Shown here: positions 23,430-36,468 of the stretch, piece after piece | Position numbering within the stretch: position 1 is the first letter of the stretch | Layout of the letters: each line of letters begins with the position of its first letter | DNA from: Eledone cirrhosa | Lineage: Eukaryota | Length of the DNA stretch: 64,000 bases | Assembly: GCA_964016885.1 (NCBI GenBank) | Contig: OZ024740.1 | Span: 304,234,001 to 304,298,000 of the forward strand | Direction of reading: 5' to 3' | Notes under the pieces: generated by a model | Database searches by the model: none | What the model saw: the letters and a program-made list of their open reading frames with translations, nothing else | Told to the model about the DNA's origin: nothing | Position numbers and translations under genes: made by a program

Positions 23430-24180
23430 GTTGGTCTTCATTTTCATTCCATTTTCATTTGATTTTGTTTTGCTTGCTGTCTGTATAACTAAAACCTTTT
23501 TAATATCAATCATCCAACGATGTCAATGATGATTTTTCTATAAAACCCTGGTTTTATATCCTTTCTGCTGTGAGAAAGTATTCCATTCCACATCCTCTTT
23601 GTTGATCCCTCTTCTCTTCTTCACTTATTCCTGAGAGGGTTGTGGGAGCAGAGTCCTGAAACACTTCTTCCAGATGGTCCTGACTGGATCAATTGGAGAC
23701 AGTTGCTTCTGACAGGTGGTCCTGTCAGAAGCAACTGTCTCCAGTTGGATGATCAAATGATACCAGCTGAGGTCATTGATGTTATCCAACCATCTGCCAG
23801 TTGGTTTTTGCCTGTAAAATCTGTCCAGCAATTTACATGACTGGTTGATTTAACTTTCCAACCCTCAATTAATGTCAAATGTTAGGGTTGTAAATCATTG
23901 TCAATCATTTGTGTGTGTGAGGGAGGAAGAAGCCTTTAGAAGTTGATGTGGAAAATTTGAAGCAAACCAATTTTAATGAAACATTTGACCTCTGCAATCA
24001 AAGAAAACAAACTTTTAGTCAAAAAGATGATCATAAGTTTGGGTTTGTTATATCACAGTGTAGTTGGACTACTTATGATGGAACTGCCTCTCCAAACACT
24101 ATGCTAGGAATCATCTAGTTAGTTGGCAAATCTTCATTGTACATTAACAATCTGCTTGATGTTTCCTCTTAGGACATATA

Positions 24181-24320
24181 ATTGTTTCTACTTTTGGCAC
24201 AAGGCCAGCAATTACCCAATGCATTACTGGTACTTTATTCTATCGACCCCGGAAGGATGAAAGGCAAAGTTAACCTCGGCGGGATTTGAACTCAGATCAT
24301 ACAGGGTTCAAATCCCGCCG
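24181..24320 (-). mobile_element. SINE family A, 5'-truncated with inverted end
   Basis: CpG-intact copy; ACATATAAT repeated at 24174-24182 and 24325-24333 as probable TSD. Confidence 0.85.
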
Positions 24321-24841
24321 TTATACATATAATGCTAAACACTTTTAGTACTTTTGCCTCAACTACATGTAACCCAAAACACCACATCCAAGATTCATTC
24401 GATTCATGGCCATATGCTTCAGAGCATCCTTTAATGGGGACGTGACAACCTTGTCTCACACCCCACTATCTCGTCAAAATCAATATAAGTGTTAGACCTT
24501 ATGGTTTCATGTGATGATGTCATTATATATATCAAAGTTTTGGATTCTTAAGAACCAGAAAATGTTATCCTTTTAGAAAGCTCATGTGAGAACATTGTTG
24601 GAGTGTTGCTTACATCTGTGGAACAGTGTTGTTACTGTACACTATATCATCATTATCCCTATTTAGTCCATTTTTCCTTGCTGCACTGAACTCTGAGTAG
24701 AGTTAGAACCAATACCACAATGTTTCTAATGACTCAACCAATTTGCTGCTTTATTTCTATATTGGCGTATACAAAATTGTACTCATCACAATTGACTCTG
24801 CTCCAACCCCAGTAACCTTTGTATTGAATCCAGCATGCTGA

Positions 24842-26812
24842 CATCATCATCATCATCATCATCATACGTCCGCTTTTCCCTGCTTGCAAGGGTGGGACGG
24901 GTCTTATTCAGCACAGCATCTCTCCACTCGTCACGGTCCCTCGTCATCTCCACCGTGAGCTTCAATGATCTGAGGTCTGTTCTCACCACATCCGCCCATG
25001 TTTTTCGCGGTCTACCTCTACCACGTCTTCCTTCAACTGGCAATTCCTGGCACTTCACCCATCGGTCATCCTCCATGCGCATCACATGTCCATACCACCT
25101 CAGTCTCCTCTCCCGTACACTACATTCTATCCCTCTCAGACAGTTTCTCTCTCAACACATTTATGCTGGGTCGTTCACGCACATTTACACTGCACATCCA
25201 ACGGAGCATGCTTGCCTCATTTCTCTGTAGTTGCTGCCCATGTCTCACTACCATTGCAGCATCGCGCTCCTCACACAGGCATCATACAACCGGCCTTTTG
25301 TACGCAGGGAGAAACCCTTCTTCGTCAACAGAGGAAGCAGCTCCCTAAACTTCTTCCAACCCGTCCTTATTCTAGATACTATGGCCTCGGAACACCCTCC
25401 TCCCATGCTAATCTGATCTCCTAGGTACCGGAAGCTATCCACCACTTCTATAGCGCCCTCTTGCATTTGAAAAATGTGTCTATCAGTGCGACTTCTACTG
25501 TCTAATTTCCCTGTACATCTACTGCATACATATTTCTCCCTACCTGTTAGTTTGCCTGCTATCCTGCTACATCTCTTGTGTACCCAGGATCTGCATTGTG
25601 TGCATTTTATAGAGTTTATGCCAGTTCCTTTTCTGCATATCGAACATGGCCATTTCCCTGACGGAATCAGGGTTTTGTCCTCTTTTCTACTCATCAACAC
25701 TTTTGTCTTAGCTAGATTCACTCTCAGTCCTCTTGCTTCCAACTGCTGTTTCCATAGCCAGAATTTATTCTCTAGCTCCTCTACTGATTCTGCTATAAGA
25801 ACCAGATCGTCAGCGTAGAGAAGTTCCCATGGACAGCCAGTCTTAAACTCCTCTGTTATGGCTTGGAGGACTATAATGAACAAGAGCGGGCTGAGGACCG
25901 AACCCTGATGTACTCCTACTTGTATCTGGAATTCCTCACTAAACTCCATTCCTACCCTGACTTTACTGAGAGTACCTCTGTACAAAGTTTGCACTGTCCT
26001 CACAAGCCATTCCTTAGGGACCACCAGATGACAGATCGGGGTACCCTATCAAAGGCCTTCTCTAGGTCAACAAAGGCTAAGTATAGTGGCTTATTCTTCT
26101 CTAAGAACCTCTCTTGCAATTGTCTCACCAAGAAGAGGGCATCGGTTGTACTCTTCCCAGGCACAAAACCAAACTGCATCTCATCTAGTTTGACCCTTTC
26201 TCTAATTAGTTGTGCTAAAATCCTTTCTGCCACTTTCATAACCTGATCTATCAGTTTTATACCCCTATAATTGCTCCTCTCCAAAGCATCCCCTTTACCT
26301 TTGTAGCAATTTATGAGAATACTGCTGCACCAGTCTTTGGGTATGACACCACCATATATAGCCTGATTGATGATGCGTGCAACCAGTTTAGTGCCTACGT
26401 CCCCTGATGCCTTCAGCATCTCAGCAACTATTCCCGATGGTCCGGCAGCCTTACCATTTTTCATTTCCCTAATCGCCTCTTGGACCCTATATTCGTCAAT
26501 CTCAATAGCTGGTCCCTCTGTCGGATCCACCAAGGGTAATTTCTCTCTCTCCCATTCGTTCTCCACATTCATCAGTCTCTCATAATGACATTTCCAGGCC
26601 TCCTTTTTTTGATCATTCGTGACACTAAGTCCACCGGCATCATCCCGGACACATTTATCTCCAACAACATCCTGATTTGCATTGACACACTGCCTTGCAA
26701 TGTGGAACACCGCACGCCTCTGATCTTCCCGTCGCAGAACATTGGCAAACCTCCTACTCTCTGCCTCCCTGCGTGCTAAGTACACCTGACGTCTAGCTTC
26801 TCTTCCATTTCT
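24842..26812 (-). mobile_element. RTE-clade LINE, 5'-truncated and frameshifted
   Basis: RT motifs KAAGPSG, NYRGIKL, QFGF, FVDLEKAFDRV, GVHQGSVLSPLLF, YADDL, FRYLG; C-terminal RGRGRPRKTW; (GAT)n 3' tail. Confidence 0.95.
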
Positions 26813-27544
26813 GCAAGTTGTAAAAAATATATATTTGTTAGATAATGACATGACTGTGTATTGAAGGAGTTAGTTTCACAAGCATGTGGTTCTGAGTTGG
26901 ATCCCAGTACACAACATCTTCAGCAAGTGACTTCCACCCTAGCCTCAAAATGACCCATGTCATTTAAGGTGAAATTGGATACACTAAAACTGTGGAAGCT
27001 TGTCAGACTACATGTTCCTGGGGAGAAACCTAATCCATCATTTGGTCCTTGGGTGTCTTCGGTAAATTCATTGTGTTGCAAGCCTTGGGGTGGGGTGGGG
27101 GGTTGATACCTGAATGTGTTGCTTTCTACTGGAGCAACACATATGTTGTAGATTTCAACTTCATTTCTTCCTGCCAGGCCTTGCAAAGGTCATGAGTACT
27201 AACTAAAACATAAAAAAGCTTTACTTTTCTGATGTGATTTGTGGTGTGGTTGTATATTCACTCAAAAACTAAATAAAACATTATATAATTTTTTATGGTA
27301 CAAAGCAGTGAACAAACTACTTATGTTAAGCGTAATCATCATCATATGTCCATTTTTCATGGTTTAAATGGGTTGTCATATAATGAGACAAGTCAGATCT
27401 AGAGACAACGCCTTGCTCATATGGATCTGTATTTTGGCTTCGTTTCTACAGTCGGATGTCCTTCCTAACAACAACCACATTACAGTGGGTGATTTTTGTC
27501 GTGTCACCTTATAGTGTGGACTGGCGTAGTACAGCATAATGCCA

Positions 27545-28110
27545 GAGGTCTCAATCCTATCTCGTCTCTTTTGTGAGATTTAATTGGGCAAGGTCAACTT
27601 TTATCACTTCATCCTAAGTTTTCCTAGGTCTTCCTCTTCATTTTGAAAGGAAAAAACCTTTTGTAGCTAGCAGCGGTAGTAGCTCTGTGAAGTTTCTCTA
27701 TCCTGTTCTAACTCTGTCTGCTATACTTTCAGAACACCCACCTCCACTGCGAATTTAGTCCTCTAGGTAACAGAAGTAGTCGACTTCTACAGAGCCTTCT
27801 GGGCATTTAAAGGAGCTTGTTTTCTGTGAGCTATTGCTCCTGTCAATTGATCACATACAAAGCCTACATTCTTTGTTAGCCTGCCTGAAATCCCACCACA
27901 TCTCTTGTGTACCCATAGTTTGCATTTGGAACATAGAGGATGGAATTTCTATCTACTCCTTTCCTGCACACTGAAGAAGGCTATTTCCCTGAGGGGATCT
28001 GGGCCCTCCCAGTTTTCCTTTCTACTTACTAGTCTTTGCCAAGTTGACGTTTATACTCTTTGATTCTAGGTCATGCTTCCAGGTTTGGAATTTCTTCTCT
28101 AATTCTGCCA
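27545..28110 (-). mobile_element. older decayed copy of the same RTE family
   Basis: remnant PSGK..SVCRKGVDRNS..CSKCKLWVHKRCGGISGRLT. Confidence 0.75.
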
Positions 28111-28259
28111 TATGTTGGGAGGTGCATTCCTCACCAGGGAAGGATTTTGTGGTGACAACTGTCACTCTACCTTCTATAATCTGACTAGCATGCTCACCAG
28201 ATCTATAGGTGTTCAGAATAAATGCTTATGTTCGGTATTTATTAAAAGTAGTTACTTAA

Positions 28260-28421
28260 CCCTTTCATGATCACATTTCTAATGAAATACACTCTATTTT
28301 AATTAATTAAGAATTTTGAAGGATTAACTAAAATTATTTCATTTAAATTATAAATCTTTAAAATGGGTGGTTTTATTTCATAGAACCAGAGCTGGTTTTG
28401 GCCAGGTTGGTAACTAAAGGG
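28260..28421 (+). mobile_element. piggyBac-type MITE family 2
   Basis: TTAA-flanked CCCTTTCATGA...GGTAACTAAAGGG. Confidence 0.88.
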
Positions 28422-30344
28422 TTAAATTCTGTCTTTTCAACTTACATGTGACAAAATTTAAACTAGAAGTAAAATATATATGCTGAGCTGATGATTTTAT
28501 TTACTTTGTTCTTCATGGAGATAGCATAGGCAACTTCTTTAGTGCCAGTGCCATAAAATACATTCAGTACACTGTAGAGTGGTTGGTGTTAGGAAGGATA
28601 TTCAACTATAGAAACTATGCCAAATATTGGAACGTACAAGGAAGATGATGTGGTCCTCTGATTTATCTAGGTGGGCTGTAACTTGGTATAAATACTGACT
28701 CATGCTCTTATGAGCCATCCAACTGATACCAGCATTGAAAGCAGGCATAGAATGATTATGATAGTGATGATAATAATTTAATTAACCTACTTAATTAAAT
28801 GATTGGCATTTGTAAGAATATCAGATGTGTTAGTGGGTGTATTTCAATGTTTGTTTTCTTTTCATATATAACATTGGTTGGGTGGGTATGCCATCCAATT
28901 CCTGATTGTGTTGATCCTTTTGATAAACAACCCAGCCAAAATCGGTTCTGATTCTATGAAACAAAACCATTCATTTAACTTAAAGTCTTCCAACATAATT
29001 TTATATAAACAGTTAACTGTCTTGGTAATGAAATAATTTTCAATTTTAGTAAATCTTTCAAAATTCTTCATTAATTAATTGAATTAGAATTTAATTAGAA
29101 ATCTGGTTATGAAAGGGCTAATTCTGTATCATCTCAGCTGTGAGGATTTATCATCATCATCATCACCATTTACTGTCCATTTTTCCATGCTAGACAAGTT
29201 GTCCCATTGTGGGACAAGCCAGGTCAGATGACCGTGTCTTGCTAATTCAGAACTGATTTTGGCTTGGTTTCTACAGCTAATGCCCTTACTAACGCCAACC
29301 ACATTTACAGTGCGTACTGGCTGCTTCTACATGACCACTTTACTTTGGGGAGGTAGATTTAAGGACAGGTGTTAGGGCGTGGGTGGAATAACTTTCTTCT
29401 CAAATTGGATTCAACTTGATTCTAGATGTTTAGACTGTTTTTCTGCCAACTGAGCTCTCATTTAAATGTTTTTCTCATATTTCATAATACAAACAATGTT
29501 TTTAATTCTACTTAGCCTTATTATAATACTAAAAGTACACTCTAGAAGTATAGTTACATACTTTATTCCCTGGCATATTGCAAAAGTCAATATGCACCCC
29601 CAGTCTTTGGTAATGCATTAATTTTAAGAATAATAACAAAAAACACAGTTCTTCAAATAATAAATTTAAATACAGGTTATTGTTTGTTTGTTTTCTCCCA
29701 GTATACCAGTTATTTGTATTAAATGTTTATTTCATTATAGTTTTGTGTACATCAGTTAGTGTTTTTAATGTCTAGTTAGTTTCCCAGTTCAGCCTTCTTA
29801 TAAGTTGTAACATTGTACCCAGTGAAAATGCTCCTAATCCATAAGATGTAGAGAGTAGTAGGGAGACTTACTAGATAAAAGACATTTCTGTGGTTACTTG
29901 AGCTGTAGATTTAGGTGTCAAATGTCCTACATATACCTTATGTTAGAAAAGAAAGTGTAGGGCATATTGAATAATGTAGTCCTAAATATACTCATCAATT
30001 TTACATCGTTTGGATATATGAAACTGATTTCTTTACATCCATTGAGCATGAATTCTTTGACTTCTTTCTGTTCAAACCAGCTATAACTGGCTGCTCATAC
30101 TTATGTTAAAGTATTGTTCTCAATATGACATCAACATCTCGTAGATTCAATATTATGTAAGATAAAACCTTTACCTTGAAAATAAATAGTATATATATAT
30201 ATATAGAGAGAGAGTAATGTAAATGCTAAAAGGTTAAACAGAACTACCTGTGTTAGTAATGTAAAATATCAATGGAGACAAACACATACATACACTCACT
30301 CACAAATATACAACGAGCTTTGTACTTTCCATCTATTAAGATAT

Positions 30345-31600
30345 GGTTATGGATGGAGTTCTAGGCAAAGGTTGGGTGATGAGAGAAAGGGGGCATGGCA
30401 GCAGGAAGTGCTGACTAGAGGCAATTGCAGTAGAAGGGAGGAAACGGCATGTCTGTGAACGAGAAGCTGGAGTGTATCTATGAGTAACTTGTGACTTTGT
30501 GTTGGGTAGCTTTTCTCTGACTGTGGACTAAGTTGTTGGTGAGTACCTGCATTACCATCCATGTGTAGGAGCAGTATTCCATTGTGGGTCTCACCTGAGC
30601 TTTGTAGATGATCATTAATTTCTGGTCCTGAAGAAAGGGGCTAGTTTTTTAGCTATGGGCTTACCAATGTGAAGGATGAGTGTTGGCCATGAGAGAACCC
30701 CAATAGTTGTAATACCTGACATTTGGAGCAACCATGAAAGGAATGGTTGCATGATTCATAAGGGTTTGTTGTTGCTTTTTTGCTGTTGAAAGTGACATGA
30801 GTGGCATGATCCCATGTGTCTGTACATGTAGTCTGTGTGGGCATGGTGTCAAAATTGCATGTAGGTATTTGGCTAGGAAAGGCTATGGAAAAATGAAGGG
30901 TGGTATGATTGACATAATGAGGGTCTTGTTAGACATGACAGCTAGTAAAGAGGGAACACACTGGAGTTGATAAATTGTGGGATAGAAAGAATCAATACAT
31001 GCCAGAATAATGGGATCTGATAGGAAGCTACTAATCAAAAAAGATAATAGATGGCTGAAGCCTTCAAAAGCAGTTGTGAGAGGGGATTGACATGCCTGAC
31101 ATGGTCAAAATCTTTGCTGATGTTATCCCTTTCATGACTGTATTTCTTATGAAATACATTGTTTCAATTAATTAATGAAGAATTTTGAGGTATTTGCTAA
31201 AATTATTGATTATTTCATTACTAAGATACTAATTTATAAAATTATGTTGGAAGATTTTAATTTAAATTAGAAACTTTTACAATGGGTGGTTTTATTTCAT
31301 AGAACTTGGGCTGGGTTGGTAACAAAAGGGTTAAGTGACAAGTAAATAGGTCTCCAATAGATCTAACCTCAAAGTGATGGTGTTAGGGGAGACATTGTCA
31401 GGTCTAACAACCACGTTTTGTTGGAAATGACTGGCGATACTTTCACACTTGACTTGTATGTATGCAGGATGGTGGGGGTGGAAAGAGATATACTAATGTG
31501 GAGTGAGCAGTAGATGTAGAGTCTTTCTCCATAGAGTACTACTCACAGAATCACTGTGATTGAGAAGTGGAGCTAAAGATGTTTCCATATTGGTGAGGAT
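30345..31600 (-). mobile_element. decayed CR1/Jockey-group LINE, interrupted by MITE 31127-31330
   Basis: remnants IYKAQVRPTMEYCSYTW, LQLLVHRHAVSSL, FDHVRH. Confidence 0.65.
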
Positions 31601-31623
31601 TATTTTAGCAAACACACACTTAA

Positions 31624-31932
31624 CCCTTTCATGACTATATATCTAATGAAATACTCTCTATTTTAATGAAGAATTTTGAGGAATTTACTAAAATTATTTC
31701 ATTACTAAGACAATAACTTAATCTAATGTTCTTATATAAAATTATGTTGGAAAATTTTAATTTAAACTAGACCACCCATGACCCATTGGGTCACGCTCAC
31801 TTCAAAATATTAAAAAAAAATCATGTTTACTTAAAAATAACTTTTAAATAATTAAAATATACACAGACATATATAATGTGAAATGAAACTGAAAGGTCCA
31901 TATATATACATGTGTATATGTATATATATAAA

Positions 31933-31965
<33 letters not shown>

Positions 31966-32296
31966 GGGTGTCTGTGATCTATACACACTGGTCATAGACA
32001 TATATATACACAACACCACCACCAGCTCTCTCTCTCTCTTTATGAAGATACCTGGAAAAACCCCATATCTCGGGAACCCGTGCTCCAATTTACGCAAAAC
32101 TTGTTTTATTCCATTTGTATTCCCATTCCAGGGTCAACTTTCATTCAAAGTATTTTCCCATTATGTGCCCATTACAGACAAGCAAGCAAGCAAGCAATCA
32201 CAGAGTTTTAGTAGTATATAGATTAGAAACCTTTAAAATAGGTGGTTTTATTTCATAGAACCAGAGTCGGTCTTGGCTGGGTTGGCAACAAAAAGA
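31624..32296 (+). mobile_element. MITE family 2 split by a Helitron
   Basis: left half 31624-31766 and right half 32223-32296 rejoin to the consensus TTTAAATTAGAAACC. Confidence 0.85.
31767..32222 (-). mobile_element. non-autonomous Helitron (456 bp)
   Basis: minus strand 5'-TC...CTAG-3', hairpin TGACCCA-A-TGGGTCA 8 nt before CTAG, inserted between A and T with no TSD. Confidence 0.88.
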
Positions 32297-32701
32297 TTAA
32301 CCAAAGTGATTATCTTCTGTACATAACAAAATTTATTTGATGTCTCTTCTACTCTTTGTCTTTTTGTGTCACTACTTTTCTTTCTCGTTGCTTTTTTTAA
32401 ATGACCATGCTCTCATCTGTTTAGAAATAATATTAATATCATTCATTAACTGAATAATATATTTTATATCAATTACTTCATGAAGTTGCTTACCCCTCAA
32501 ACACAGCAATGAACAGCAGAAACAATTATAAAATATCTGATACAATCATACCTTCCCAAATACAAAATACCTTAATAGCAAGTCAAAATATTGTTGATGA
32601 CAAACAAGCTTTCCATTTGTCTTTTTTTTTTTTACATTTTTATCTCTGTCAAGTCTTGTTTTCCCATGGCCTGTTTTATTTACATCTTCCTCAATTATGT
32701 T

Positions 32702-32772
32702 TAGCTAACATGTTCATACTCCTTCTATAGCTAACATGTTCATACCCCATCTATAGCTAACATGTCCATACC
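32702..32772. repeat. 26-bp tandem repeat x2.7
   Basis: TAGCTAACATGT(T/C)CATAC at 32702, 32728 and 32754. Confidence 0.9.
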
Positions 32773-32832
32773 TTTTTTATACTAAATATAACAATTCACA
32801 TTACATGTCCTTAATCAGTTCAGTTGTGTTAA

Positions 32833-33047
32833 CCCTTTAGTTACCAAACCAGTCAAAACTGTTCTATAACATAAAACTACCTATCTGATTTAAATTAAAA
32901 TCTTCCAACAGAATTTTATATAAGAACCTTACATTAACTTACTATCTCAGTAATTATATATTTAATAATTTTAGTAAACCCCTCAACATTCTTCATTAAT
33001 TAATTTAAAATACAGTGCATTTCATTAGAAATGCAGTCATGAAAGTA
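32833..33047 (-). mobile_element. MITE family 2
   Basis: TTAA|CCCTTTAGTTACC; reverse orientation. Confidence 0.85.
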
Positions 33048-33347
33048 TTAAAGAGAAATCTTTACTTATTTCATCTCTGCAGAAATACAAAATTCTTGTA
33101 AAATTGAAACCTGGAACACCAATGATGTTAACTTTGGGTTTTTTTTATTTATTTTTAACCCTTTAGCATTTACATTAGTCTACTATTATATTTTAACATA
33201 ATGTGGAATCTATGAGATTTTGATATTTATTTTGAGAACAATACTTTAACATCAGTATGAGTGGCTAGTTTGAACAGAAAGAGGTGAGAGAATTCTGGCC
33301 GGTTTAAATGCTAAAGGGTTAAAGTAATTTTTGCCAATAATAAATAT

Positions 33348-33762
33348 ATGGCTGCCTGATTGAGAAGTTCATTTTGGAACCATGTGTTTTGGGGTTTAGT
33401 CCCACTGTGTGACACCTTGGACAAATGTCTTTTACTATACCTTAGGGTTGACTAATGCCTTACAAGTGCATTTGATAGGTCGAAATTGGGAAAACCTGTT
33501 GTATATGTGTATGGTATGTCAGTTGCCATGATGTCTTATTGACATCATTTTAAAAGCAAGTGGTGACATTTGTTTGTGTTTCATAAACAAAATGTTCTGT
33601 AGTGTAGTTACTTGACAAATGTCAGCAATGTATGTACCCTAGTTAAAATAAAGGATGGGTTGGCATTGGGAAGAGCAACTAGCCATAGAAAAACTTTAAA
33701 AAACTGACATTCATTCAACCCATGCTGATAGTGAACTGTAAATGTAAAACTAATGATGATGA
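33348..33762 (+). mobile_element. tRNA-headed SINE with CORE-like CCTTGGACAA segment and RTE-type tail
   Basis: head homologous to 26850-27005; tail CCCATGC...(GAT)n. Confidence 0.65.
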
Positions 33763-36017
33763 AAAACATGCTCTGATCAAGCCAGTGATAGCCTCTGCAT
33801 TATTGTTTGACCTGTTTGGCAATCTTCTTTAAATCCTAACCTACCTTTTTAAAACTAGGAAGGACACATGGAATAAGGTGGTCATGAATGTGTATGTATG
33901 GACCTGTAACTTATTCCACCAATAGCAAGGCATGGTCCTGTGACTCTTCAGGGAGTCATAGGGGCGCCACAATGACTTATGGCATTTCTAGGGCACTTTT
34001 TAAAACCTGGCAGAGCCCATCTCCTCTCCAGGGTCAGGATATATACTATAAATGGAACAATCACAGCTGCAATTCTTTTGGTTATAGTTTTGTTGGACTT
34101 GGACTATGACATGTTTGCTGAGGTCAGTGAACATGTCATAAGATGTAGGAATGGAAAATAAATAACTGCTATTGCATGTGTTTAATTATTTTAATTCTTT
34201 GGATCCAACCTGCCTGAAACTATCGTTGGTTTTATGATACAAAACTGCTCCTTTAAAAGTGTTCATACATATAATAAAATGCTTCATTGTAATTTTATGT
34301 AAGAACTTTTTAAGGTTTGCTCTGAACATCAGCTAAAGGTAACAAAAAGGTTAAAACAACCCTTGTGATATGTTCTTGGTAAAGCAGTGAGGTGATGGGT
34401 GGTAATTCAAACTGGACAATTTTTCATGTTTGAATGAATACTTTTTGCGTCTGCTTTTAAATCTGGAGACACTAGAATTTGTGTGCACTTATGTATGTTA
34501 CGTACAGTTCCATTTTAGCTACATGTCACCTCAAATCCAGGCTTTGTGGTTTTAATTAATTTTTTTTTATATCAAGGAATACATTATCTTTTGTATTTCG
34601 CTTTATTGTCAAGGACATGATAGCCTCCCTAGAGTTGGTGATCTACATGATAAACACACCCAGTACACACTGTAGTTGTTGATGATAGGAAGGGCATCCA
34701 ACCATAGAAACTTGCCAGACAAAAAGGTTGAGAGGACCCTCAGTTGTGTCAACTGTACATAAAGCAAGACCCAGATCTCTGGCCTGCCTGGGAGATCAGT
34801 GGCTCCACTTCACTAATGACTTGGTCTATGTTGATCTGTTAGGCTATGATGCTCCTCCGCCTCCTCCTTCAATTTAGTCCTGAGAGTGTTGTGGGGGCAG
34901 ATTCCTCAAACACTCATTCCAGTGGGTCCTGTCAAGCAACTGTTTCCAACTGATCTGGCTGGATCCCCAAGCAAGATCAGCCAAACATATGGATGTTATA
35001 CAACCATCTTATTCATGGTCTACCTGCCGGTTGATTTTGCTTGTAAAATCTGTACTTCGATACCCATAGTATCGAAGCTGTGATCTCTCAATTCAGTGAA
35101 GTAGTGGTTCTACCTGGAGTGATTCTGATCTCCGAGCTCCACACTATTAAGATATTAAATTATATTTCCTCTTTGATTTAGTAGAGGCATATGGAATAGT
35201 TGTCTAGATTTTTGTGCACCCTCACATGTGATGGCACTACTCACATGTGTTGTTTTGTTAAATCCTAATTATCAAGTGATGCTTATAGAACTGCTACAAC
35301 AGCTGTTTTACAGGTGACCTCGTTATGGAATAACTTAGTTATGTAGGGAATATGATACTTTCTCTACAATTTAAAATAAAAATAAAGCATACAACCAATA
35401 TGTTAAGTAAATAACACTTTGTCCTATGTGGTTATTAAGATCCTCTTGTCACCATTGCACCAGTTATGGCCTTCTCATAAATACCAAGTGTGCGTTTTCA
35501 TGTTTAATTTTTTCTGCTTCAGTGGTATTGATAATCTTCACTTGAAATTATATGCTGCTCTTCATTATCGATGTTATTATGATTAGCATTTGACATTCAG
35601 TTTTCGTGTTGTCATGACAACTGAAGCTGAATATTACTTAATTCTTCTCTCTCTCAAATAATTTACTTTTCTCACTCTCATGCATATAATTTACTCCTCT
35701 CTCTTCCTCTCATAATTTACTCTCTAGTTTTAGTTTTGAAATATGTCAGCCACAGTAGTTGAATATTAAGATTATATATCTTCCTCACTTTTAATCTCAT
35801 TAACTTTTCATTTATTGCAAACAATGTCTCAAGTAATTAGCCTTATATTTTCTGTCTATGTGTCTCAAAAAATGAACAATACAAAATGTTTTTTGTTTTT
35901 TTTAATTCATCTCACTTTCAATCTATTTTTTTATAATCAGTTCTGTCACCTTTTTCTTTTATATTTGTGTTTTAAAAAAAAAATATTTAAAATATTCCCT
36001 AATGAACCATTGAGCTA

Positions 36018-36051
<34 letters not shown>

Positions 36052-36258
36052 TGCATACCGCCTTTGACCAGCATTATTAGTAGTTTGTTTAAATTTTTTA
36101 AAAACTCTTTCATAACCATATATCTCTAATGTGTAGTTTTAAAAAGCATCATGAATTTGGTTGCATTGAGAAAAATAGTTTAAAGTTTATTTAAATTTTG
36201 ACTTGGTGTATGGGGTGTAATTTAACAAGGTTTTTGCATAAAATATGGATTGGTTTAA

Positions 36259-36468
36259 CCCTTTAGTTACCAACCCAGCCAAAACCAGCTCTGGTTCTAT
36301 GAAATAAAATCACCCATTTTAAAGGTTTCCAACATAATTTTATGTAAGAACGTTACATTAAGTTACTATCTTAATAATGAATGAATTAATAATTTTAGTA
36401 AATCCCTCAAAATTCTTCATTAATTAATTAAAATAGTGTGTTTTGTTAGAAATGTAGTCATGACAGGG
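36259..36468 (-). mobile_element. MITE family 2
   Basis: TTAA on both sides, CCC/GGG ends. Confidence 0.9.

Noticed and set aside
32702-32772. Short tandem arrays (also 1017-1147, 46060-46198, 58585-58737) as CRISPR-like
   Set aside because: No unique spacers, no cas genes, eukaryotic context
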